A DNA stretch of 64,000 bases from IMG/VR virus record IMGVR_UViG_3300029822_000003, positions 1 to 64,000 of that record, one strand, 5' to 3'. Of the stretch, positions 40,606 to 49,851 are shown piece by piece. The notes below the pieces were generated by a model. That model was given only the letters and a program-made list of their open reading frames with translations. It was not told the origin of the DNA and ran no database searches. A program made the translations under genes and the position numbers. Each line of letters opens with the position of its first letter. The stretch's first letter is position 1. Origin of the DNA: a virus.

Positions 40606-41433
40606 TTAATTATAAATAAGCCAACACCTACAATTTATTACAAGGTCAGGACTGGCGTTACTGTCACCAGGATATGAAAGCCCTGGCAAAAATTCTTCTC
40701 CTATAGGTATTGTAACCCCATCTAATTCAGTATGAGCTGGACGTACTAAAGCATCATCACATGTCATCCATGTTTTAGTTTTCATATCTTTATATATAGC
40801 ACTAAGGAAATTTATTTTGCCTACTGCATTATGTATTTCTGTCATTGCAATTGTTCTACTTCTACTACTCGATATATTTTCTATATGTTTAAATAAATCA
40901 TCTGCAATTTTATCGTAGTTGTCTCCATTGGATAATCCATTTTTTATTATTCTTTGTACTTGATTCCTGGTAGTATTGTTTATATACTCTATTTCTTGTT
41001 TGGAATAATCTTTTAGCCATTCCGTGTAATCTACTTCTACATCTTCATATTTTATATAATCGCCCTCATTTGAGTAATGAAGTGAATTAAAGAAGTCTAT
41101 TCCTGTCTTTCCTGCTTGTAAATATATTGGCATAATTAATTTATTATAATATTCAGTTCCTAAGAGTGCCACAATTAAAATAAATATCTTTTCTGTAATA
41201 TCGTTTGATTGATTTTCTATTTCTTCCTCATTGCTTTCTACATCCTCATCTTTTTTCTGCCGTAAGCTTAACAGAGCCTTTTTAAGAGCTTTTGCTTGTG
41301 ATAGTAGTATAGTTGCTATCTGCTTTTTAAAACTCTTTTCTAGATTAAGTACGAGCCTATCATACAGCTTACTGAAATTCTTTTTTATCTTTTCTCGCTT
41401 ATCATCTGCCTTTCTTTCTAATATTGAAAAGAC
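40606..41433 (-). CDS. MuF/SPP1 gp7-like minor head protein (frame open to 41433; first canonical start 41172)
   Basis: RSRTIAMTE, KTW....D..VR.AH..LDG, YPGD...INCRC. Confidence 0.85.
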   Translation of the reverse strand, partial: VFSILERKADDKREKIKKNFSKLYDRLVLNLEKSFKKQIATILLSQAKALKKALLSLRQKKDEDVESNEEEIENQSNDITEKIFILIVALLGTEYYNKLIMPIYLQAGKTGIDFFNSLHYSNEGDYIKYEDVEVDYTEWLKDYSKQEIEYINNTTRNQVQRIIKNGLSNGDNYDKIADDLFKHIENISSSRSRTIAMTEIHNAVGKINFLSAIYKDMKTKTWMTCDDALVRPAHTELDGVTIPIGEEFLPGLSYPGDSNASPDLVINCRCWLIYN

Positions 41434-42731
41434 TTATTTTGCTTTTGTGAGTTATCAAGTGTTTCTTGACTGCTGATTTCATCATCTACGGGAATTAAAT
41501 TTGCAGGTAAATATACTTTACCTTTTATAATAGCAAAAGAACCTTCTGGTGCAACTATATCTCCACCCTCAACATTTTCTAATCCTCTAGCTTTCCTTTT
41601 CTCGTTTATCTCCATGTAATTATTATTTAATTTTTCATTTATTTTCCCTATATCTTCCTGCAAAACCGGGATTTCAGAATAATCTATATCAATAAATTCT
41701 CCGTCTTCAAGTCCCAAAAATGGAGTTAATTGTCCTGCTAAACCTTGCATTAGAGGAATAATGCTTTTGGTGTACAGTCCCTTCTCTGCTTCACTTTTAT
41801 TATTATAACTTGATTGCTCGTTAAAACCTATTATTATAGGGTCTATTCCCATGCCTATACATATATCTCGCATAGTGCTTTCCTTACCTTTTATCCAGTC
41901 CATGTCTTTGGGATTAGTGCCTGTCTGTAATACACTTGTTCTATCTCCTTCAACAAGCATCCATTTGCCTACATTTGGAGTTCCAGAATACTTTGAATTT
42001 AAGTCCGCTTGTGCCCTTTCTCTTGCACCATTGTTAGGGAATTCTCCAACACTTATTACGCCACTTACTTGACCACCGTTTTGCATTAAAGAAACATTCC
42101 AATCAAGCATGGCGGCTAATAAGTCTCCGTTTTTTAGAATAGGTTTTAAAGGTGACATTCCTCTGCCTAAACCATCATACTCGTCTAAAGGATTAAAACT
42201 TTTCCATAAAGTAAAGTCCTCTGGTTTAAAATTCTTAGGGTTCTGTCCCTCGTATCTTATGTCCGTATAAGGCATATCTACTTTACCAGTTAACCCTATA
42301 CTCATTTTGTCTGGTCTGTATGTATATAATTCTTTTACTAGTTTACCGCCCCTAACTGCCATTCTAACTATTGGAGCATCTCCACCGAGATAATAAAATG
42401 CTATGGCTCTCCTAATGAATTCAGCTCGGCTGTATAAAGGGTTTGGCTTGTCTAGTAACACCTGTACTGGATGATTAGGTATAGGCACTTTTTTACCATC
42501 TTTATCCTTTTTACACACGTTCCATTTTAATTGTATTGCTGCCTGTGTTATCTCTTGCAAACATCTAAATATAATCCAGTTTTCAGCATATCCTTCTTTT
42601 GCTATAATTCTATACTTAGCATCACTATACTGTGGCGTATTCTTTCCATGTATGTTAACTATGTGTGGATATAAACCACCGCTTGATTCTCTTTGTGCTT
42701 GTTTTCTTTCAAATATATTTGGTATTTTCAT
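41418..42731 (-). CDS. Portal protein (HK97 family)
   Basis: HPVQVLLDKPNP, GRGMSPL, DMDW...I....GI.P..IG; ATG at 42731. Confidence 0.92.
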   Translation of the reverse strand: MKIPNIFERKQAQRESSGGLYPHIVNIHGKNTPQYSDAKYRIIAKEGYAENWIIFRCLQEITQAAIQLKWNVCKKDKDGKKVPIPNHPVQVLLDKPNPLYSRAEFIRRAIAFYYLGGDAPIVRMAVRGGKLVKELYTYRPDKMSIGLTGKVDMPYTDIRYEGQNPKNFKPEDFTLWKSFNPLDEYDGLGRGMSPLKPILKNGDLLAAMLDWNVSLMQNGGQVSGVISVGEFPNNGARERAQADLNSKYSGTPNVGKWMLVEGDRTSVLQTGTNPKDMDWIKGKESTMRDICIGMGIDPIIIGFNEQSSYNNKSEAEKGLYTKSIIPLMQGLAGQLTPFLGLEDGEFIDIDYSEIPVLQEDIGKINEKLNNNYMEINEKRKARGLENVEGGDIVAPEGSFAIIKGKVYLPANLIPVDDEISSQETLDNSQKQNKSFQY

Positions 42732-43762
42732 TACATCACTTCCTTTAAAGTACATTGGACTTCATTTGTATACTTACTAATTCTTTTATTTCCTAATTCA
42801 TACCATTTTTTATCTGTTTCAAACCCTATGTATTGTCTATTCCCTTTATCATTATTGTTTAGGTTTAATAAACTTATAATATTGTTAGCCGATCCAGTAA
42901 AAGGGAATAAACATTTACTATCTTTTCTTGTATGCACTTCAAACATATCATAATATAATTGTAATGGCTTCTCAGTTTTATGTTTAGTTTTTTTACTCAT
43001 TGGATAATTCCATATACAACTTCTATAATTATTTTTATTTGAGTTATATGTATATCTCATATTTTCATATCGTTTTAATAATTTATTATAGTCTATTGGT
43101 AAATCTAATATGGTCTTTAATTCTTTATATGTATCTTCAGTTGGAAACATCCATTGACTTTTAGTATAAAAGGTATGCTCTGCTTGTCTATGCCCTAATA
43201 ATTGATTTATTTTAGTAGTAGATAATCCAGCTTTCTTTTGTGCTTTATAAAAATATTCTTTTATTATTTTAAAAGGATCTTTAGAATTATACATAGTTAA
43301 TTCCTCATTTTGTTTAGTATAATATAAAACATATTCGCACATCTTTTGATAATTTCTATTCATATTACTTTGTATAAATCCATTAAGAAAACCATATTGG
43401 TTATTAATTGTACCATCATTATTATATTTATAATATTTGTTCCATATACATTGTTGTTTTAATTTTAAATCAGTATTATTTTTTATTAATTGTATAAAAT
43501 CTGATAATACTAAAATATCATTATGCCATAAGAACAACGTCCCATTATCACTCATTAATTGATTTGATAAATTTATTACTTCTTTAATAAAATTTAAATA
43601 TTCTCCACGTGATTTAAATTTGTCCCATTCATCTTTGCTTATATTATAGGGTGGGTCTATTTCTATAAATTCAAAATACTTTGAATATCCTTCTCTAATT
43701 AGATTCTTCATTCCTTTTATGCAATTGATGTTATAAATTCTATTTAGTTCTATATGTACCAC
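42731..43762 (-). CDS. Orphan N6-A/N4-C DNA methyltransferase (beta class)
   Basis: IDPPYN motif IV before H.TEKP..L and PFTGS motif I; no cognate endonuclease seen. Confidence 0.85.
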   Translation of the reverse strand: MVHIELNRIYNINCIKGMKNLIREGYSKYFEFIEIDPPYNISKDEWDKFKSRGEYLNFIKEVINLSNQLMSDNGTLFLWHNDILVLSDFIQLIKNNTDLKLKQQCIWNKYYKYNNDGTINNQYGFLNGFIQSNMNRNYQKMCEYVLYYTKQNEELTMYNSKDPFKIIKEYFYKAQKKAGLSTTKINQLLGHRQAEHTFYTKSQWMFPTEDTYKELKTILDLPIDYNKLLKRYENMRYTYNSNKNNYRSCIWNYPMSKKTKHKTEKPLQLYYDMFEVHTRKDSKCLFPFTGSANNIISLLNLNNNDKGNRQYIGFETDKKWYELGNKRISKYTNEVQCTLKEVM

Positions 43763-44241
43763 CTTCTTTAAATTAAGGCATAAATAAAGCCCCTATATTA
43801 AGTATAAGAGCTTTTACATATATTTGCTTATATGGTATTTAATTATAGATATATTGTGGGTTTAACGTTTTTTATTTTTTCTATTTGCTAACCATAATGA
43901 AATTTTTACCCATTTTTCACTGTATGGCTCATATCGCTGGCAAATTGCACAATTGCACTTTATTTTTGAGTCAAATTTCTTAATGTTTTCTATATTCATA
44001 GTTATTTTAAACCTCCTTTAATAACGCAAAAGTTTCATTTAATAAATTATTCTAATTTATATTATTTTTTCATGCTTCAAATATGCTCTATCTGCCTCAA
44101 ATTTAAATTTTTTTATAATATTTATTCTTTCTCTAAGTTCTTCTTTAGTTACTTCTTTATTATTAAGCATCTTTTTATCTATTTCAGATAACTTTTTAAA
44201 TTCTTCATTTGAAATCATGTAATCATACTCCTTTGCAATAA

Positions 44242-45850
44242 TTATTCGCCCATTAATTCAAGTTCATAAGCTAAATCGCTATTTTGAAATTCCTCATTTT
44301 GTTCATCTGAAAGTACTAACATAGTTTTTTCTCTGCATTTTTGGCATAATGCAATTGGCTTTATTTTCCCACCAAAATTAATTGCTTTAACATCTTTATC
44401 ACTACCACATAATCCACATTTAGTATAAGAATCGTTCTTAATTACTTCTATCATAGTTTCATTTTCCCCCTTCTATATTTTCACTATGGCCATTTATTTT
44501 ATGCTCTTTGCATATTGCATGATAGCACCCTTTTAGAAGAATAATTTCCTTTGGCGTTAGTCCTATATCTTCATATTCTGCAAGTCTTATTATTTTACTT
44601 TCTACATCTCTTCTAACTTCGTGAAATTTATCTAAATCCTTTTTTGAGTTTATTTCCATTGGTATATTAGGTAATAGAACTTTATCACCAAATTTTTTAG
44701 TTAATCTTTCCATAACTTTATTTCTCTCCTTTTAAAGCTTCACAATTGCTACAACATAGGCAAGAACTTTTATCATGTTTTTCATTGCACCTGTCTGCAC
44801 CTTTAATAACATATTCATCTTGAAAATTGCAATAAAAAACTTTAATCCCTTTTCCTTTTAATTTGTCTAGTACCCAATTTATATATTTTCCTTTATAGTG
44901 TCCCCTAGTTAATCCCTGCCATGATTGTATTCCAAAACTTATTTCTTTATACTTAGATGTGTCAATTTCTCCGATAGCGACTAATTTAGAAAATTCTTCT
45001 TTACAATCATCTATAATATCAAGTATTTCCACGTATTCTATGCTAAATTCTTTTTTACACTTAGGGCATATAAATCTATATTCATATTGAAGATTACCAT
45101 ATCCAAGAGGTACAGTACCAATATTGTATAACTTATAGTCATGTTCACATTTTCTCTTCTTGAATATATCTAAAATCATATCTTTTATTTTCCTCCTTTT
45201 ACTACTTTAAAATTGCTTTTATGTGTATTTATTCTACGCGTTTTGCCTGTACTATCTACTATATATTTATTACTGTTACTATCTTCATGTACAGTGCATG
45301 TGCCTATGCCTACATCATCAAAAAACTGTTCTGTAGCACTCTTTCTGCCTTTTGCTATCTCCAATTCATCCAATGTATCACTTAAATTGAAAAAATAATC
45401 CATTAATACATTGTTTACATATTGCCATAATACCCTTAAAACTTTACCTTCTCCTATAGAATTATTCTGTGGTAAAGAGTTCATATATTTTTTGGTATAG
45501 TAATAATCTTTAGCTTGATATTTTTCACCATCATAAGTTTTTTCTATAGGATACAAATTCATAAGTTCCCGCGGTGTTAATTGTCCTATAAAATAATTTA
45601 TCATTCCCATAAGGCCAAATTTTGCTTCTAGTTTATCTAAAGTCATTTCTTGTTCTGGTTCAAGATTTATAACTTTAATTCCATAAGTGATAAGTTTGTT
45701 TATGTTATCAGGTTTTTCTGGAAAATCATCTTTGTTTTTATTCATTTCTCTATCAAAAGCATTAACATATATATTATATAATTTCGTTCTCTTAATTTCT
45801 TTTTCATCTTCTTTATTGCTATTACCTTTCATTATTTTAAATTTATCCAT
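44242..45850 (-). other. Hypothetical genes 44242-44454, 44459-44713, 44718-45179, 45185-45850
   Basis: Coupled ORFs with SD sequences. Confidence 0.6.
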
Positions 45851-45906
45851 AATTTCCTCCTATAATTGTGTTGGGAGCTCATAAAGCAACTCCCAACTAT
45901 ATTGTT

Positions 45907-46617
45907 TTAGTTAAAGAATCCCATCTGACTGTTTACAATTTCAATTTGTTCTTTTAGCTCCTGTGGAGGTTTCCATTTAGTTAGAAAATCTCTACCCACT
46001 TCAAAATCTTTTACAGCAGTATTTTTATATGAATTGACTAAAATCCTATTTTTATAACCGCCCCACATTTCAGAAAAAGTTTTATTTCTGATGTGTTTAT
46101 CGCGATATGCAGGGCTATTAATCCCGCCTAAAGCACTAACTACTTTAGATTTTCCTAAGTTCTGTAATGCAAGTTGCTTGGTATAATCTATTGTTTTAGT
46201 TTCTTCTAAACTTTTTACTCTACTTTCTACATTTGCTAATTTATTTTGCACTATTTTATACAGTTGTAGTTCTTTTTTATTTTCTTTAACTTTAAAATAA
46301 GTTTCCTCTAAGTTATCAAATTGTTCCCATGCCATGTCAGTATCTAAAATCTTACAATGTCTATCTGCCCCACGCTCTGTCCATAGATACAATTTGTTTA
46401 CATTTTTGGCGACTCCGATATTATCGTATTCGCGTTTAAAACTTCTCAATGCATCACCTTGTAGTAAATAATAATGCTTTCCTTTCTCAAATCTATCTAA
46501 ATGATTGTTAAAGTTATCAGATATGTTTCTTTCGTTACACTCATAGACTTTTGCAAGTTGCTCGGTAGTTAATATCCTTTCTCCATTATAAATTACAGGT
46601 GTCATTTCATTTGCCAT
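45907..46617 (-). CDS. ORF6N + ORF6C antirepressor-like protein
   Basis: YNGERILTTEQLAKVY, LYLWTERGA.RHCKILDTD.AW; C-terminal VNSYKN...W.P. Confidence 0.88.
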   Translation of the reverse strand: MANEMTPVIYNGERILTTEQLAKVYECNERNISDNFNNHLDRFEKGKHYYLLQGDALRSFKREYDNIGVAKNVNKLYLWTERGADRHCKILDTDMAWEQFDNLEETYFKVKENKKELQLYKIVQNKLANVESRVKSLEETKTIDYTKQLALQNLGKSKVVSALGGINSPAYRDKHIRNKTFSEMWGGYKNRILVNSYKNTAVKDFEVGRDFLTKWKPPQELKEQIEIVNSQMGFFN

Positions 46618-46637
46618 ATGTTTTATCTCTCCTTGTA

Positions 46638-46728
46638 TTGAAATTTCACAAGGAACGTGGTATATTTAGTATGTAAAGGTACTAAATCATTGCGCCCTTG
46701 TGCTTGTAAGATAAAGTCAAGGGTTTTT
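46638..46728 (+). ncRNA. Putative antisense RNA in the antirepressor leader
   Basis: TTGAAA-17-TATATT (extended TG), about 55 nt, CCCTTG..CAAGGG-TTTTT terminator. Confidence 0.55.
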
Positions 46729-47119
46729 AATTTTTATAGTATTTATCTCTTATACTTTTTAAATTAATTATTAAAGGCAAAATATCCTTTTTATAGCCAT
46801 ATTCTATAGGGTTTATTTCCATAAGTCCTATATGATCACGAATTATTAAAGTCATAAATTTTAAATCTAGGATATTAAGTGAAACACTTAAAAACTTTTT
46901 TAAATCTCTATAATCAATATCTCCTATAGTAAATTGAAAATCGGACTTTTCAAATTCATTTAATTTTATACAAATATTGTGAATTTTATAATAAGTAAGT
47001 TTTTCATATTGTAGCTTATTTAAAATCCCTTCAAGCTTAATCATTTTATCAATCCAAAAATTATATTCTTTAGTTCCTTCTTTAAATCCATTACTTACCA
47101 AAGCAGATTTTCTTCCCAT
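46727..47119 (-). CDS. Hypothetical protein
   Basis: GGAGGTG RBS. Confidence 0.6.
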   Translation of the reverse strand: MGRKSALVSNGFKEGTKEYNFWIDKMIKLEGILNKLQYEKLTYYKIHNICIKLNEFEKSDFQFTIGDIDYRDLKKFLSVSLNILDLKFMTLIIRDHIGLMEINPIEYGYKKDILPLIINLKSIRDKYYKN

Positions 47120-47144
47120 ATATTAATATTTTCACCTCCATTTA

Positions 47145-47354
47145 TCATGCTCTTTTATTTTCTTTCATCCATTGAATCACCTCACTTTTTAAAAACAGTA
47201 TTTTACCTTTTTTAGCTGCACTCAATTTAAATGCAGGAAGTCCTTCTTTTCTTAATCTGTCAATTGTTCTTTCTTCACATTTTAAAAATTTTGCCATTTC
47301 TTCTTTGCTTAAAAATTCTTCGCTTGTATCTACTGTGCCAATATCTTTATCCAT
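47145..47354 (-). CDS. HTH_17/excisionase-like DNA-binding protein
   Basis: FLSKEEMAKFLKCEERTIDRLRKEGLP...F.KSEV..W. Confidence 0.8.
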   Translation of the reverse strand: MDKDIGTVDTSEEFLSKEEMAKFLKCEERTIDRLRKEGLPAFKLSAAKKGKILFLKSEVIQWMKENKRA

Positions 47355-47388
47355 TTTCCTTAACTCCCTCTACTTTATCTTATACTTA

Positions 47389-47417
47389 ATTATACCAAAC
47401 ATTTGTTTACTTGTCAA
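47389..47417 (-). promoter_or_regulatory. Consensus sigmaA promoter
   Basis: TTGACA-17-TATAAT. Confidence 0.8.
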
Positions 47418-47513
47418 TACTTTACATGAATTTTATATAGCTTTTATTTGATTTTACTGGATATTAAATACAATTTATATAAAATAAAAAGAACATAGAA
47501 ATTAATCTATGTT

Positions 47514-49078
47514 CTAAAATATATTTGATGATATACCTAATAACTTAGTTTTTTGCATTAATATGTTCATAACTTCATCTGCATTAACTGTATCTTTGCA
47601 ATATAAACAAGTAACTTTGGGTAGTTGTGTTGACTGCGGTTCGTATATAAGATGCGCTCTTTTCTTATTTTCTTCAAATATTTCTAACATAGCTCTTTGT
47701 TGTTCTGATAACTTTATGCCTAATATATTTTGCATAAAGTCTGTATAACTCATATCTTCATATTTCATTTATTTATCTCCTTATTTTACTGTAGCAGATA
47801 CATTACTTTTACTTGTATCCTTTGAAGCATCTTCTACTTTAGGTTGGCTACTTGTTGCATTATTTGTACTAGCTTCTTGTTTAACCTCTGTTTTAGGCTC
47901 TGTAGTGGCTTTTTCTTCTACTTTTGGTGTAACTGGTTGGCTACTTTCTTTTTTATCCGTCGTGGCTGTCTGTGCTTGCTCTGTAGGATGCGTAAAACCT
48001 TCTTTAGCTACTCCATATTTACAACTATCTGTATCTTTTACTTTTGGGTCTTGATAATGCATAGCTTTTATGTAACATACTCTGCCATCTTTTCCCACTT
48101 CACTTTTTTTACAATATTTACACCTTACCATTATTTTCTACCTCTTTTCAATAATCTCTATTTTATCAATCTCTAATTCTCTAAGTCTTTCCTTTGGCTT
48201 ACCGTATTTTTGGCAAACCATATCTTTTAAGTTTAAATCAAGCTGTATACTTACGAATTTACAATCTGGCCAAATCTCCTGTCCTTCTCCTAAACCCATA
48301 GTTTCAAATTCTAATGTTCCCTCTCTATAAGGTATAACATCATTATAAAAACTTACACAATAATGAATTAATCTTTTTATGTATTTATATAGCTGCTTAC
48401 CTTCAGTTAACTTTTTAGGTGGCTCTTCATCTTCTGGAAAATCTAAAAAGTTTGCATCTTCTAATGGTTTAAAAAATTTGTAAAATTCAGTTGGCGTTAA
48501 TGTTGCATCTGCATGAGAAACTCCCCAATCTGCTTCTACTCGGTAATTTCCAATCTCTCTATCATTTAAACTACACTCTATCTTCTCATATTCTGCAATT
48601 TGCTTGGTTGTCTTATTTATACATTTTGGCATTACTTATTTACCTCCTTATTAATCGTTTTTAGCTTTTAAAAGTTCCTCTTGAATTTCTTTCATCTTAT
48701 TTAGCATTAATAGAGCAGTTTCTTTCTTGTCTTTGTTTTCTTTAGTTGTTGACTTACTATTTAATTCATGTTCTAAGAGTTCATTTTTAATATTGCCAAC
48801 TTCAATTGCTAATTTTTTTACAAAATTTTCTTGCTCAGTCATTAAATTTAGTAATTCTTCCAAGCACTTTTCTATTTGCTCATTATTCATGCTTTTTCCT
48901 CCTCAAAATGTTTTTTACATTGTTTGCACTGCTCATTACGCAATTTTATCATTTCTTCATCTAGTTTTAGTTGTTTTTGAACATCTTCTTCAGTCAAAAA
49001 TATTTCTTTCCCATACTCACCCCTAGGGAACCATAAGGGGCATATATTAACTTTTGGATAATATTTACATTCTTGCAT
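47514..49078 (-). other. Hypothetical genes 47514-47768, 47781-48131, 48138-48632, 48651-48890, 48887-49078
   Basis: Coupled ORFs with SD sequences. Confidence 0.6.
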
Positions 49079-49320
49079 TATTTCTGCCCCTCCTTATATT
49101 TATTAATGGATTCCTTAATTATTTTCTTAGCTTCTTTATTAGAGAATACTTTTTCATTTCCTTTAAACCGTTTTACTTTTGGTCCCATTACTAGCTCCGG
49201 TCCGCTTTCATCTCCTAAGTAATGTATACAATTTCTGTGTGTTGGTCCTACATCATAGTCACAATAATTAGTTTGGGTACCTTGCGGTTGTCCATATGTA
49301 TATATAGTAGAGTTGCTCAT
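49078..49320 (-). CDS. Small protein carrying a tape-measure-like GE.GPEL motif
   Basis: HYLGDESGPELV...KGNEKVFSN. Confidence 0.55.
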   Translation of the reverse strand: MSNSTIYTYGQPQGTQTNYCDYDVGPTHRNCIHYLGDESGPELVMGPKVKRFKGNEKVFSNKEAKKIIKESINKYKEGQK

Positions 49321-49572
49321 TTAATCACCTATTTTTTCATAAGTCTTTTTGAATATATCTGGTTTACATGGATAAAATTCTCCATTTACACCTTTAATTA
49401 TGTAATCTCCTTTAGTAGCTGTCATTGTACCTTCTAACGTTTTTATTTTTACTGTTCCTTTGCTAAACGTCATTTCATTTGTGCATCTTAATAAATCATT
49501 TATTTCTGCCATGTTTCCACCCTTAAATTGTATAGCTTCTATTTCTACTGGTTTCTTTCTATACTTTGCCAT
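49321..49572 (-). CDS. Conserved phage protein (PGDYG-like)
   Basis: [14 protein letters not shown]...TLEG...[24 protein letters not shown]. Confidence 0.8.
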   Translation of the reverse strand: MAKYRKKPVEIEAIQFKGGNMAEINDLLRCTNEMTFSKGTVKIKTLEGTMTATKGDYIIKGVNGEFYPCKPDIFKKTYEKIGD

Positions 49573-49598
49573 TTATGTCCCTCCAATTAATTATAAAT

Positions 49599-49838
49599 CT
49601 ATTTAATATTTTCCGCTCTTTCCATAAGTGCTTGTGGTCTAAACCCGCAGGTCATTATATATCCACCCTCTAGGAATATTACACTTAATGTTTTCCTACC
49701 CTTGTTTGCATATATTAAAGTTCCTCTTTCCTTTGCACCCTGTACACTTCTTTTTACTGGTGTACTGTCTGGTGGAAGTATAGAAAGCACCTTGCTTTCA
49801 TTTACATATTGTTTAAATCCTATATCTAATAAATTCAT
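49599..49838 (-). CDS. RemA/DUF370-family regulator homolog
   Basis: LLDIGF..YV....V..I..PDS.PVKR....AKERG.LI....GRKT.SVI. Confidence 0.8.
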   Translation of the reverse strand: MNLLDIGFKQYVNESKVLSILPPDSTPVKRSVQGAKERGTLIYANKGRKTLSVIFLEGGYIMTCGFRPQALMERAENIK

Positions 49839-49851
49839 ATAATTATCCCCC

